64,000 bases of DNA from Cyanobacteria bacterium J069 (GCA_003695655.1 RFIF01000414.1:4551-68550), one strand, 5' to 3'; positions 10,475-21,870 are shown, counted from the first letter of the stretch. Made by a program: numbers and translations. Notes: generated by a model not told the origin, from the sequence alone.

Positions 10475-12601
10475 TCAGGAAGCCGATTCATCCGTCGAGA
10501 CTGAGGAGCGGCGGCGGCGGCGGCGACGATTGGGGGAACTCTCGCTGGAATCGCCTTCCTCCGCATCACCACTGGAATCAGCACTGGGGGCATCAGCGCT
10601 CGGTTGGGCGATCGCTTCTACAACAGGCTCCGGTTCAGATTTCGGAACAATTTTGGGAGCAGCCTTGACTGGCTCGGGCAGCGATACTGGCTCGGGTTGT
10701 GCTTTCTCCAGCAAAGCAGTCGGCAGCACGCCAGATCCATTCCCAACCAGTGCAGTTGCCTGCGCCATAGCCTGCCGGCCCTGCCCTGGCAAAGCCACAG
10801 CTACCACCGTGGCTTTCGGGTCTTTTACAGATTCCTGGGTCAAAATCAGCGGTGAGACACCCATCAGAGCATAAACTTCTTGCTCTTCTGGAGTCATTTC
10901 TACCGTAATCACCTGCGGCGGGTCAGCCGCAGCCCGTTCTCGTCGCCCCGTTCTCGCCGCCCGTTCCGGTTTCTCAGAGCGCCCCTCTCGGACTTCTCGG
11001 CTCTCGCGCCCCTCTTTCTCTTTAGCCGGAGTAGGAACAGCGCCATTCAGCAGCGGCATCTCTTCCAGCGCTGCGGGGGATTCTGTCTCAGGTTCCGCTT
11101 CAGGCGATCGCGACCCATTGCTCCGAATTACCGGCTCACCAGCGCGGGGCGGTCGGCTGCGGCGACGACGGCGACTGTCTACTCGGGTGCGATCTTGATA
11201 GCTGGGGTGATTTGTCAGATCCAGTTCTTGTTGGTCGGTCGTTGACGAAAGACCCAGATCCAGCGCTGGGGCATCCCAAGGCTCTCTCAACTGCACAGCG
11301 CGCGACTCTGAGGCAGCAGTAGACACAATCCGAGGCACCTCCGTTGGCTGCGCCACCTCATCACCCTCACCCGGTAAATGAACCACATGTCCCAGTCCGC
11401 CGCAGGTTGGGCAGGCCCGCCCAAATAATTCGTAAATATTTTTTCCCTGACGTTTGCGAGTTAGCTCCACCAGTCCCAGTTCGGTCAGTTGCGCAATCTG
11501 GGGACGCGCCTTGTCTGCTCGCAGCGCCTTATTAAACTGCTCCAAAACCTGGAGCTTGTCGCGATGGGAGTCCATGTCGATGAAGTCCACCACAATAACG
11601 CCGGCAATGTTGCGCAAACGAAGCTGGCGGGCAATCTCTGCCGCCGCTTCGCAGTTGGTCCACAGGACAGTTTCTCTCGCCGTCGCAGAGCGGGTAAACG
11701 AGCCAGAGTTCACATCAATTACCGTTAGCGCTTCGGTGCGCTCAATGATGATATATCCGCCAGAGGGTAAGTCTACTCGCGGTTTTAGCGCTTCGCGAAT
11801 GGCAGCATTGACCCGGAAATATTCCAAAATTGGCGTACGCTCACGGTGATGATCAATCAGCACGCCGACCGGAGCCTTTCCACCGCTCCAGTTCATCAAG
11901 TGTTGTTTGACCCGCTTAGCACCTGTATGAGAGTCTACGACAATGCGATTGACATCCGCGCTGTAGACATCTCGCAAAACCCGCTGAATAAAGTCATCGT
12001 CACGATTCAGCAAGCTCGGAGGGCGAGTTGTTGCAGCCTCCTGCTGAATCACTTCCCACTGTTTTTGCAGGGCTTCCAAATCTTCGATAATTGCTTCTTC
12101 GGGAACACCCTCTGCCTCAGTGCGGACTAATAACCCCATCCCCGCAGGCTTCACCAGGATGGCCAAAGCCCGCAGCCGATTGCGTTCGTTTTCGTTGCGA
12201 ATGCGGCGCGATAGGTTGACCCCTCGACCTGAGGGCATGAGCACCAGGTATCGTCCGGGGAGGCTAATGTTGCCGGTGAGCCGAGGGCCTTTGTTGCCCG
12301 TTGGCTCTTTCATAATTTGCACCAGCACTTTTTGCTGAGGCACAAGCAGTTCGGTAATGGGAGCGGCTGCTTTTTTGAGCCGTAGCGGTCCTAAATCGGA
12401 AACATGAATAAATCCGTTGCGCTCACTGTCTCCAATATTCACAAAGGCCGCATCAATACCGGGCAGGACGTTTTCCACGATGCCCAGATAAATATCGCTA
12501 ACCTGGTGGCTGCCCGTTGCCACGATCAGCTCTTGAGTTTGGTCTCCTGAAAAGACGGCGGCGATTCGATGCTGCTCAGCAATAATAATTTGTTTTGACA
12601 T
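10475..12601 (-). CDS. rne: Ribonuclease E/G
   Basis: S1 region AAFVNIG, IDVNSG, IVVDFIDM, CPTCGG Zn link, disordered Arg-rich C terminus. Confidence 0.96.
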   Translation of the reverse strand: MSKQIIIAEQHRIAAVFSGDQTQELIVATGSHQVSDIYLGIVENVLPGIDAAFVNIGDSERNGFIHVSDLGPLRLKKAAAPITELLVPQQKVLVQIMKEPTGNKGPRLTGNISLPGRYLVLMPSGRGVNLSRRIRNENERNRLRALAILVKPAGMGLLVRTEAEGVPEEAIIEDLEALQKQWEVIQQEAATTRPPSLLNRDDDFIQRVLRDVYSADVNRIVVDSHTGAKRVKQHLMNWSGGKAPVGVLIDHHRERTPILEYFRVNAAIREALKPRVDLPSGGYIIIERTEALTVIDVNSGSFTRSATARETVLWTNCEAAAEIARQLRLRNIAGVIVVDFIDMDSHRDKLQVLEQFNKALRADKARPQIAQLTELGLVELTRKRQGKNIYELFGRACPTCGGLGHVVHLPGEGDEVAQPTEVPRIVSTAASESRAVQLREPWDAPALDLGLSSTTDQQELDLTNHPSYQDRTRVDSRRRRRSRPPRAGEPVIRSNGSRSPEAEPETESPAALEEMPLLNGAVPTPAKEKEGRESREVREGRSEKPERAARTGRRERAAADPPQVITVEMTPEEQEVYALMGVSPLILTQESVKDPKATVVAVALPGQGRQAMAQATALVGNGSGVLPTALLEKAQPEPVSLPEPVKAAPKIVPKSEPEPVVEAIAQPSADAPSADSSGDAEEGDSSESSPNRRRRRRRSSVSTDESAS

Positions 12602-13074
12602 TCAAGTTCCTCAGAACGGGGCAACGCAGAGCGAACAGACTCGCGGGATGCGCTTCTGCGGTGAATTCGTGTGTAGATCTGTAAACATAGAAAATCCTGG
12701 CATGAATCAGTAGACAAAGCGTTCTCTGCTACTTCATCACTGCGGCTCTGCGTCACTCTAGATAAAAGATCAAGAGTTGCCTGCCGCTGAATACCCGGAG
12801 CTTTTGCCAGCTAGTGGTCGGTCAATTTTCAACTAATGGTTTGGTTGATTAACGGTCTGTGCAGCGCACAGCGGATCAATCTTCAAAAGCTGCCTGACGC
12901 AACACTAGTCAAGCTCAACAAAACTGGGAACACCTTCCTTTGAAGACCAGGTACCCAATTTGACTCATTTCAGTCTCAAAACCTGCGGAGGCGAACTCTC
13001 CCCCAGACGATCTGCCAATTGAACCACGGGCAGCTACATGGGCGCTTAGTCCGCATCAGCGTCTTTTGAAATGC

Positions 13075-13080
13075 ATTATA
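13075..13080 (-). promoter_or_regulatory. Candidate -10 box for rne, implying a ~470-nt 5' leader
   Basis: Perfect TATAAT on the minus strand in the ~890-bp non-coding gap upstream of rne. Confidence 0.4.
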
Positions 13081-13495
13081 GCGTGTTGCCAAGATTGTGC
13101 TACAACTGCTGCACAATTCCTATCACAGGGGGATCAGAGGATAGAAAAAGGCAGAAGTAAAGTCTCAATAACGGCCACCAGTTTAAGCATAGAGGAAGCA
13201 GATTATTCCTGGAGGTTATTCCTGGATATATAGATCTGTATCCTCCTCTATTCTAAGCATAGACCTGGGGCTATCTGTTAAAAAACGCACGTTGGAGCTG
13301 TTTTAGTGCCGAATTGAAACAGAATGAAACAGAAGTTTGAAAACGCGGCACAACTTGTTCTCTAGTCTTTGTCAGGGCTGACGCAGTTGCAAAAAATCCT
13401 GCAAAAAATCCGATGGATTCTGAATGATTTTTGGCGGGCTGTGCCCGCGAAGAACTATCTAGCTGCGTCAGTCCTACCTGTGTTAGGGCATTGCA

Positions 13496-16222
13496 TTAAA
13501 GCACGAGACGGTGGCGATGGCTGTGTAAGAGTTGTAACGGTTGGTGGCAGACTTGTTCGAGCAGATAGATGACATGCTCCGGCCGAAGCAGGGTGCCATC
13601 GTTGCGGCAACTGCCCAGATAGCGTAGAGCAAAGATCTGCTCAAGACTCGTTTGCTCAGGGCTAGTTTGTTCAGGGGTAATCTGATGCAGAGGAATGGGA
13701 AATTGCTCAAGGGGAACGGGGGTGAGTTCGTTTAGGCGATCGCGCAAATTTACCCGCTGCACGTTACCCGATTTGGTCGTCTGGTCGTACCAAAGTTCGG
13801 CGGCGGCGAGAAGCTCCTGAACCCACTGAGCGGGCTGGTGGGGCAGCAAGCCAGGTGAATCGGCAGCGGCTGCGGACGCGATCGCCAAATAGTATTCTGC
13901 CTGGCTCAACTGCTGGGTGGCGGCTGGGGCATTCGGGGCGATCGCCTCGATTCCGTACAGCGGCACTTCCAATGGCAGTTGGGCAGCTAGCTTCGTCAAA
14001 AATTGATCCGGCTCCATTGCGGTGGTGAGGTCAAACTCCACCACTTCACCTGTGCTGGTAGATCCCAGCGGCAGTGCGCTGGCGATCATAATGCGGGGAC
14101 TGGGATGAAAGCCACCCGTGTAGGCGATCGGTAGGGACGCTCGGCGCACCGCCCGGTCAAACAGGCGCAGCAGATCCAAATGCCCAACCAGTGCCATGCT
14201 GCCGAGTTTGCCAAACCCAAGGCGCAGCCTCTGGGCACGATGGGTTTCTGGCGTAAAGTGGTTCTGAAATTGGGGAATGGGCAGCGGCGGCACCACCACG
14301 TTGTGCCCAAAGTCCGCACCACAGACGCCGCAGTGCGAGCAGCCGTCAAAGGAGCAGTCGGGCACAGTGGCAGCTTCTAGCGCCCGATGCAGGTCTTCCT
14401 GGAGCCAGGTTTTGCTAATGCCTGTGTCGATGTGGTCCCAGGGTAGCGGAGCATCATAGCGAGGAGCAGGGGCGACCGATGGGACAGACGCAGAAGCCGC
14501 ATCATCCTTCATCTCTCCGTTTGCATCCCTGCTAAATAGGTTCCATTCGCCACTTTCAACCTGGCGATATTTCCAGGTGAGTCCCGCTTCGGCGATCGCC
14601 TGCGCCCAAGCTCCAAACGCCCGCTCCAAACTTTCCCACCAGGAATCTTCCCGTGCCCCCAGCTCCCAGGCACGACGCACAACAGCGCCCAGACGGCGAT
14701 CGCCCCGCCCGACGAAATCCTCCATTGCCGAAATGCGCACATCAGTAAAATTCGCCTTCAGTCCGCGAATCGTCCGAAATTCCTGTTGCAGCAGCTTTTG
14801 CTTGCGCTCTAGCTCTGCCGTAGACACCGAATGCCACTGAAACGGCGTATGAGGCTTGGGGGTGAAGTTGGAAATTGTGACGTTAAAGCTCAGCGGCTTA
14901 CGGCTTTTCAACCGGCATTCCCGCTGAAGCCAGCGCATGGTTTCGGCAATACCCAGCACATCGGCATCCGTTTCACCCGGCAGCCCAATCATGAAATACA
15001 GCTTGACCCGATCCCAACCCTGCTCGTAGGCGGTTTTCACGCCCCGCAGCAGCTCCTCGTTCGTTAAACCTTTATTAATAATGTCCCGCAGGCGCTGGGT
15101 ACCTGCTTCTGGGGCAAAGGTAAGGCTGCCCTTGCGCGTGCCGCCGATGATATTGGCAATGTTTTCATCAAAGCGATCGACCCGCTGGCTGGGCAGGCTT
15201 AGCGAAATATTCTCGTCTTTGAGGCGGTTTTTAATTTCTAGACCCACCGCAGGCAGCGCCAGATAATCGGAGCAGCTTAACGACAGCAGCGAGAATTCGT
15301 TATAGCCTGTCGCCCGCATTCCCTGCTCAATCGTGTCGATGATTTGCTCTGGTTCTACATCCCTGGCTGGGCGGGTCAGCATTCCCGGCTGACAGAAGCG
15401 GCAGCCCCGCGTGCAGCCCCGGCGGATTTCTACCACGAGGCGATCATGCACTGTCTCCACATAAGGAACCAGTCCGATAGAATAGGCTGGCATGGGTGTC
15501 GCTACCCGACGCAGCACTCGTTCCGGCACCTCTGACCGCTGCGGCCGCACGGCTCCGTTGGCTTCCAGGCTATAAAACTGCGGCACGTAGACCCCAGGAA
15601 CCTGGGCCAGATCCAGCAAAATCTCTTCCCGGCTGAGTCCCTGCGCCTTGCCTTCTTGCAAAACCAGCCCAATTTCTGGCAGGAGTTCTTCTCCATCTCC
15701 CAGCGCCATAAAGTCAAAGAAGTCAGCGTAGGGTTCTGGATTGGAGGTGGCAGTTTGTCCACCTGCAAAAATCAGCGGAAAACTTCCTTGCGCTACATTC
15801 CACGGGCCCGACTGCTGGCGTTCTTGCCAGGTAAGAGGCACTTGGGCAAGGCTGAGCATTTCCAAAATGTTGGTTGCGCCCAGTTCGTAGCTGAGGCTAA
15901 AGCCAAGGATGTCGAATTCGCTGAGAAAGCGGCGTGACTCTACGGCAAATAGCGGTGTGGCAGAATCTTTGAGCTTGGCGGCCAGATCGGGAGCCGGCAG
16001 ATATGCGCGATCGCACAGTTGGTGGGGTTGCGCGTTCAGAATGCTGTAGAGAATGATATGCCCCAAGTTAGACGCGCCGACCTCATAAATCTCAGGATAG
16101 GTCAGCACCCAACGGACTTCAGCTTCAGTCCAGGGCTTGTGCACTGCCCCTAGTTCGTTGCCCAGGTATCTGGCAGGACGGGCAATGTCGGAGGTGAGCA
16201 ACTGCTCAAGGGCGATCGCCAC
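13496..16222 (-). CDS. B12-binding radical SAM protein (TIGR03960-like) fused to a C-terminal DUF2344-like domain
   Basis: PARYLGNE start, GCTRGCRFC (CxxxCxxC), CSHCGVC, later GHLDLLRLFDRAVRRA...GGFHP. Confidence 0.88.
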   Translation of the reverse strand: MAIALEQLLTSDIARPARYLGNELGAVHKPWTEAEVRWVLTYPEIYEVGASNLGHIILYSILNAQPHQLCDRAYLPAPDLAAKLKDSATPLFAVESRRFLSEFDILGFSLSYELGATNILEMLSLAQVPLTWQERQQSGPWNVAQGSFPLIFAGGQTATSNPEPYADFFDFMALGDGEELLPEIGLVLQEGKAQGLSREEILLDLAQVPGVYVPQFYSLEANGAVRPQRSEVPERVLRRVATPMPAYSIGLVPYVETVHDRLVVEIRRGCTRGCRFCQPGMLTRPARDVEPEQIIDTIEQGMRATGYNEFSLLSLSCSDYLALPAVGLEIKNRLKDENISLSLPSQRVDRFDENIANIIGGTRKGSLTFAPEAGTQRLRDIINKGLTNEELLRGVKTAYEQGWDRVKLYFMIGLPGETDADVLGIAETMRWLQRECRLKSRKPLSFNVTISNFTPKPHTPFQWHSVSTAELERKQKLLQQEFRTIRGLKANFTDVRISAMEDFVGRGDRRLGAVVRRAWELGAREDSWWESLERAFGAWAQAIAEAGLTWKYRQVESGEWNLFSRDANGEMKDDAASASVPSVAPAPRYDAPLPWDHIDTGISKTWLQEDLHRALEAATVPDCSFDGCSHCGVCGADFGHNVVVPPLPIPQFQNHFTPETHRAQRLRLGFGKLGSMALVGHLDLLRLFDRAVRRASLPIAYTGGFHPSPRIMIASALPLGSTSTGEVVEFDLTTAMEPDQFLTKLAAQLPLEVPLYGIEAIAPNAPAATQQLSQAEYYLAIASAAAADSPGLLPHQPAQWVQELLAAAELWYDQTTKSGNVQRVNLRDRLNELTPVPLEQFPIPLHQITPEQTSPEQTSLEQIFALRYLGSCRNDGTLLRPEHVIYLLEQVCHQPLQLLHSHRHRLVL

Positions 16223-16392
16223 AGAAAACCAGCCTCATAACTAAAACCTACCCAACCAGTATACGAGGCTGACTGGCGGGTAGGGGGCTGATAAACCCAA
16301 GCGAGCGGCGATCGCTCCCTTGCAAGCACCCGTAAACTATTGCAGATCAACTATTGCAGATCGGCAGAACTCAAGTATGTAGAACTCAACCC

Positions 16393-16728
16393 TCAGACCA
16401 ACTGTGAGAACTCGTATTCAGCCTGAGTATTGAACAAAGTAAATGCTCGATCGAGCTGAGTCACTTCAAAGATGATGCGGATTGAAGGAGACACCCCACA
16501 AATCCCGAAGCGCTTTTGACGCTGCTGGGCAGCCGTTTGAGCAGACACTAAAACCATTAGCCCAGCGCTGTCGAGCGTCTCAACCTGGCTTAAATCGACC
16601 AATACGGATGGGCAGTCAGACGTAAGCAGCGTTGCCAACTGGCGCTGAAACGCAGACGCATTAGAAGCATTGAGCGCACCAGCCGGCTGGACAACCGTCG
16701 TTGAGGACTCGGATAGTAAGACTTGCAT
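16393..16728 (-). CDS. STAS-domain anti-sigma factor antagonist
   Basis: VDLSQVETLDSAGLMVL, IIFEVTQLD. Confidence 0.88.
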   Translation of the reverse strand: MQVLLSESSTTVVQPAGALNASNASAFQRQLATLLTSDCPSVLVDLSQVETLDSAGLMVLVSAQTAAQQRQKRFGICGVSPSIRIIFEVTQLDRAFTLFNTQAEYEFSQLV

Positions 16729-17373
16729 GACAACCTAATTTCACCCCGATAAAAGATCCAGATTTAACCAACCGAGCGCGGGCAGAAGCTGGGATGAGGC
16801 AAGGTACAGAGGCAGCGTCCGTGTTGCGGCGTCTTAGTTTTGGCATCTGCACATAGTACATATAGTCGCCAAATATAAATGACTGCCAAACAAATTGCTA
16901 AACGTGATGGCCAACTGCCCAACTAGAGTGCTTAGAGTGCTGTCGCTCTAGCGTCTGCCACACCTACCTGATCCCAGACCCAATCCAAAACCTAATTCCA
17001 ACCACATCAATACTGAATCAATACTGATGCGCCACATACCAAATTGATACCAGAACCAAATCAAAGTCTAGAATCATTGAAATATAACGCTTTCAGAGCC
17101 TTGAAGCCAGGAGCACCCCGTATATTTGCGTAATCTTTAAAAGTACGCCCCCTCTCTGTGAAGATTGGAATAAGTGTTTCTACGAGTGTGCTCCTATACG
17201 GATTGCGTTACGATCTATCCCCACATTAAACTTTTGAATATTTGGTTTGTAATGACCAAAGGGTTGAGATTTAGGGAACGGAATTAAACAGGAACGGAAT
17301 TAAAAATCTTCATTCGGGTTGCTCAGGTTAGACCACTTCAGAAACTTTGAATTTCAACCTTGCACTGAGTGTT

Positions 17374-17389
17374 TGTGACCTAAATCACA
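17374..17389. promoter_or_regulatory. CRP-family (SyCRP1-type) binding site
   Basis: Exact TGTGA-N6-TCACA (TGTGACCTAAATCACA) with TT/AA flanks, in a divergent intergenic region. Confidence 0.7.
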
Positions 17390-17505
17390 AAAAAACCTCG
17401 TTTTAGATCACTTGTCTCACTCGGTGGAGATCACTTCTGTTCCTGGAAAAGCGCACGACAATTTTGTTAGTGTGAGATGCCCCCATCGCTGCGGTGGTAA
17501 CCATA

Positions 17506-17700
17506 ATGAAAACTACCCATGTTATCCGTCAACTCGTTGCTAAAGCCCTCTATATCAAGCAGTTGACTCCAGATATTGAAAACGAAATTAATTACGAGTT
17601 AACCCGGCTAGGCTATATTTCAGATGCAGACTATGAGGCGCTGGAGTTACTGATGTCCGAGATGGATGCGGGCCGCGTCCGCCTAGTGCCTAGCCCCTAA
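17506..17700 (+). CDS. Small hypothetical protein (64 aa)
   Basis: Helical amphipathic ORF in an otherwise empty region; alternative GTG start at 17494. Confidence 0.7.
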   Translation: MKTTHVIRQLVAKALYIKQLTPDIENEINYELTRLGYISDADYEALELLMSEMDAGRVRLVPSP

Positions 17701-17796
17701 AGTCTTCGTGACGCATGTTTGCCGCCTTGCATTCTTCGAGGTGTTCTGGATAAGGTGTTCTGGATGCTGTTCTTAACGCACTGCACGTTTGACGAA

Positions 17797-18225
17797 CTAC
17801 TTATCCCTCTTGTCTAAGGTTTCAAAGATTGTAGGGTAGGCGTTCCAGAGTCTTTGTGTAAACGAATGCAAAGGATTGGGAAGCGGGCGATCGCCCTCAG
17901 AGGGGGGCTTGAGCGCATGGAGCGCTGACCATAAAGGAATCAGTTCGGTGTCGAGGGCATGGCGCATTAGTTCAACGGGTAATAGTAGATCGGCTCCCTG
18001 ACGTAGGTCGATCATGCAATGAAGCCCTTGCTGGTCTGTTTGCATGGTGCTATGAGTGCTGCCAAAGCAATCGAAGTGGGTTTCGCTGTCCGTTAGTCGC
18101 TCTAGAAGCAGCAGAGGACGGAGCCAGCCTACAGGGCGCGTTTCCGAGAGCTGAATGACCTCTGCATAGAGACGCATCTCTTCATGCTCGACACAAATTA
18201 TTTCACTGGAATGAAACTTAGACAT
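17797..18225 (-). CDS. Hypothetical cyanobacterial protein
   Basis: LYAEVIQ..WLRPL..DLRQGADLLLP pattern; ATG at 18225 preferred. Confidence 0.7.
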   Translation of the reverse strand: MSKFHSSEIICVEHEEMRLYAEVIQLSETRPVGWLRPLLLLERLTDSETHFDCFGSTHSTMQTDQQGLHCMIDLRQGADLLLPVELMRHALDTELIPLWSALHALKPPSEGDRPLPNPLHSFTQRLWNAYPTIFETLDKRDK

Positions 18226-19010
18226 TGAATCCGTGAATAAGCGCAATTAGCAATCTGCAACTAGCGATCAGCAACTAGCAATCTGCCCTGCCCCTGGCAA
18301 CTGCTCTGCTCGAGGTCAGAAATTTTTGCACCAACGCTCTCTCCTAAAAGAGTGCTCTGAAGACAGGCGAGACTCTGTTTCTATTCTAAAAGGTTGATTT
18401 GTGGCTGATTTAACTCCCAGCGACTCTGCAACAGCCGATAAAAGTGGTTAAATCTCTATCAAGATGCGCGGGATGCAAGGCTGATTGACTGACAGATCTT
18501 TGCCCTCAGGTGGCTAAAGCCGCAGCGATGTGAACAAAACTCGCCAGCACGGGCTACGAAAAGCCCTGATATATCTAATCCACAGCGGCAAGCTTCGACT
18601 CTATAGGCGCGACTTCAATCGCCGGTCTGAGTAATCCATACCAAGGGCTTCAGGAGTTTTGCCAGTCAGCCAGGGCGCGAGGTAAGTTGATGCACTCAAA
18701 CTGTAGGGTCGGGCGGGGCGGTGAGGCTAGGCGGTGAACCAGTGCAACAGGTGTAGACAACAGGTGTAGAAATGTAAATTCGCGCTAGGGTATATAGAGG
18801 TCAATCTCCAAGGGCGATCGCAACAGCAAGAGCGCGAGATGGGTTATGCCATTCGGGATGCAATTATCCAGGTGGCTCTAAACCTCTAGCCTTTGCAAGG
18901 CGTCAGCGAGAGCGCCAGCATTCGTAAGGTTTCTCGAAGCTTGCTGAGGTATCGCCGATAGGCTTGCTATTTGGGTAAGCGGTGTACTTTACACAGAGAG
19001 GGTTAGAACT

Positions 19011-19292
19011 GTGGCGGTCGAGACTATTGAGCAGCGTTCAACGTCCCGTAAACTAGCTCCACGCTATCGTGTCTTGCTGCACAATGACGATTTCAACTCG
19101 ATGGAATACGTGGTGCAGGCGCTCATGAAAACGGTGCCCAACCTGACGGTTCCTCAGGCGATCAACATCATGATGGAAGCACACACTAATGGCGTGGGCT
19201 TAGTGATTATCTGCGCCCAGGAGCATGCCGAGTTTTATTGCGAAACCCTGAAAAGCCAGGGACTAACCAGCACCATTGAGCCAGATGAGTAG
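19011..19292 (+). CDS. clpS: ATP-dependent Clp protease adaptor ClpS
   Basis: YRVLLHNDDFNSMEYVV, MMEAH. Confidence 0.95.
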   Translation: MAVETIEQRSTSRKLAPRYRVLLHNDDFNSMEYVVQALMKTVPNLTVPQAINIMMEAHTNGVGLVIICAQEHAEFYCETLKSQGLTSTIEPDE

Positions 19293-19315
19293 TCCAAACG
19301 AGTATTGATGTCATT

Positions 19316-19708
19316 ATGTTTGGAGTTTTTCAACAGAGCGAACTGCGAATCGAGCTAAACGCTTCAGAAGCGGCAATTCGAGATAGCCTGCTGCGCCCTG
19401 AGCAGTTTCGCCAGTGGCTGGGGCCAGAAACCTTTTCCCAAGACATGGGCGATCGCCTAGAGACAGGTATGCAGTTTACAGGCTGGCTTGGGCCTGTAGC
19501 AATTCGGCATCAGGTTGATGCTATTGAGCCAAACAGTTTGCGGCTGCTGCTTAGCCAGGGCGTCGATGGATTTCATGAGTGGTATTGGGGCGAGGGCTGG
19601 GTGCAATCTTCGCTGCAAGGCATCTCGCTATTACCGCTGAACCTGGGGCAAACCCTTAGCCTGCTGCGGCTACGGCAATACCTCACTCGTCAAGAACCGT
19701 CCCAGTAG
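19316..19708 (+). CDS. Hypothetical protein, possibly SRPBCC-like fold
   Basis: ORF directly after clpS; GVDGFHEWYWGEGWVQS. Confidence 0.7.
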   Translation: MFGVFQQSELRIELNASEAAIRDSLLRPEQFRQWLGPETFSQDMGDRLETGMQFTGWLGPVAIRHQVDAIEPNSLRLLLSQGVDGFHEWYWGEGWVQSSLQGISLLPLNLGQTLSLLRLRQYLTRQEPSQ

Positions 19709-19730
19709 CCTCTTTGTCGGGTCTAGCAGT

Positions 19731-21089
19731 TTAAAAACCCGCTTCTGGGCTAATTGGATAATCGCTTCCAGACACGTCTGTATCACTGAGCTTCTGCATC
19801 CGCAGCCGCACAGAATCTGCGTGAGAAGGCAGCCCTTCTGCCATCGCCAGCGTGTCTACTGCGGTCGCCACTTCTTGGAGTGCAGCCGGAGAATATTGAA
19901 TCAGACTGGAATGCTTGATAAACGTCTCTACGCTGAGGGCTGAGGCATACCGGGCTGCACCAGAGGTCGGCAGGGTGTGGTTTGGGCCTGCCAGGTAGTC
20001 TCCTACCGCCTCGGGAGTCGAATGTCCCAGGAAGATTGCGCCAGCATGGCGAATTTTTTCCAGGAGCACCCACGGGTCAGCGACCTGTAGTTCTAGATGC
20101 TCTGGGGCAAACTCATTCGACAACTCTGCTGCCTGAATGAGAGAGTCCACCAAAATCACAATGCCATAGTGAGCGATCGCCTTCTCAGTGAGCAGTCGGC
20201 GGGGGTGATTGATCAACATCCGTTCCACCTCTGCCACCACCTTATGAGCCAGGGTTGCGTCGGGGGTTAGCAAAATCGCCGCCGCCAGAGAATCGTGCTC
20301 TGCTTGAGCCAGCATGTCTGCCGCAACATGGGTGGGATTTGCCGTATGATCAGCAATAATCAGCACCTCTGACGGGCCAGCCAGGGAGTCGATGCCGACC
20401 GTCCCGTAAACTAGCTTTTTCGCCAGGGTGACATAGATATTGCCTGGGCCTGTAATCACATCCACATTGGGGATGGTTTCTGTACCGTAAGCTAGGGCGG
20501 CGATCGCCTGCGCCCCGCCGATCCGGTAAATTTCCTGAACGCCAACCTCTTGCGCCGCCACCAGAATAGCTGGATTCACGCTCTTGTCAGCGCGAGGCGG
20601 CGTAGCGATCACAATGCGCTCAACACCGGCCACCTTTGCCGGGGTGGCATTCATAATCACCGTGCTGGGATAGGCTGCCTGACCTCCAGGCACATAGAGT
20701 CCGGCTCGATCCACAGGCGTATAGCGCTTGCCCAAAACAATTTCTGGGTCTTCAAACTGCACCCAGCTTTTGGGCACCCGCTGCCGGTGGAACGCTTCTA
20801 CCCGTCGGCAAGAAAGCCGGATCGCATCCAACAATTCTTTTGACACTTGCTGATAGGCGGCATCCAGTTCCGACCCGCTGACCCGCAGTTCTTCTGGCTT
20901 CAGGGAGACTTGGTCAAACTCTTCGGTGTAATGAAGCACTGCGCGATCGCCTTGCCGCTTGACCGCCTGGAGCACCTGCTGAACCGTTGCCTCTTTATGA
21001 AGAATTTGCTCATCGTGCGTGCGATCGCAAATTCGTCGCAGTTCCGTTGAGGCTTCAGACCGTTGGTTGATAATTCGCAGCATTGCCAC
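19731..21089 (-). CDS. hisD: Histidinol dehydrogenase
   Basis: GLYVPGG, GGAQAIAALAYG, AGPSEV, APEHLE, GPNHTLPT. Confidence 0.97.
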   Translation of the reverse strand: MAMLRIINQRSEASTELRRICDRTHDEQILHKEATVQQVLQAVKRQGDRAVLHYTEEFDQVSLKPEELRVSGSELDAAYQQVSKELLDAIRLSCRRVEAFHRQRVPKSWVQFEDPEIVLGKRYTPVDRAGLYVPGGQAAYPSTVIMNATPAKVAGVERIVIATPPRADKSVNPAILVAAQEVGVQEIYRIGGAQAIAALAYGTETIPNVDVITGPGNIYVTLAKKLVYGTVGIDSLAGPSEVLIIADHTANPTHVAADMLAQAEHDSLAAAILLTPDATLAHKVVAEVERMLINHPRRLLTEKAIAHYGIVILVDSLIQAAELSNEFAPEHLELQVADPWVLLEKIRHAGAIFLGHSTPEAVGDYLAGPNHTLPTSGAARYASALSVETFIKHSSLIQYSPAALQEVATAVDTLAMAEGLPSHADSVRLRMQKLSDTDVSGSDYPISPEAGF

Positions 21090-21362
21090 ATGAGGTGAGA
21101 GACGCCAGTCCGGGAGTGCCCCGTCTACTCAAAAGTCGAACCCAGCTTCCCAGAAGTCCCCAACCTCGCCACGAGTTGAGAGAGTGCCAGTCTGCAATCG
21201 AGTGTCCACGGGTACGACCTATCTCTAGGTTAGCGGGATTTTTGGCGGATTAGTGTAGCCTTGAGCTAGATTTATAAGGAGTGGCTCTAGCGGATTAATG
21301 AGTTATTCGTTAGAATGAGTAACTGCTGAAATTTTGTAGCTTTTACCTGATAGAGACAAACT

Positions 21363-21668
21363 GTGGCAAATATTAAGTCTGCGATTAAGCGAGTTCAGAT
21401 TGCAGAGCGCAACCGACTGCACAATAAATCCTATAAGTCTGCGGTGAGAACCCTGATGAAGCGCTATCTGGCAACGGTTGGTGAGTATGCCGCCAATCCC
21501 TCGCCCGATCTCGAGAAGCAGGTTCAAGATCGCTTGGCAGCCGCCTACAGCAAAATTGACAAGGCCGTGAAGCGGGGTGTCTTGCATCCCAACACGGGCG
21601 CACGCAGGAAATCTCGCCTCGCCAAAGCGCTAAAAGCGCCAGCCAGCGCGCCAGCTACCAAGCGTTAA
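21363..21668 (+). CDS. rpsT: 30S ribosomal protein S20
   Basis: [31 protein letters not shown]. Confidence 0.98.
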   Translation: MANIKSAIKRVQIAERNRLHNKSYKSAVRTLMKRYLATVGEYAANPSPDLEKQVQDRLAAAYSKIDKAVKRGVLHPNTGARRKSRLAKALKAPASAPATKR

Positions 21669-21870
21669 GAGCAGGTTCAGGCTTAATTTTAAGCTGATTA
21701 AACTGACGGCTGGTAGACCCACCTAATTAGTTAGGTAGTCACTGTTAGGTAGTTACCCCTATCAGGCGGTCACCCATATAGTCATTGATTTGTAGTCACT
21801 GATTAAGTAGTCATCCGTTAGAGAGTCAATACGTTCAGTCAGAACCGAATTATCCTGTCAGGACTTTGTC

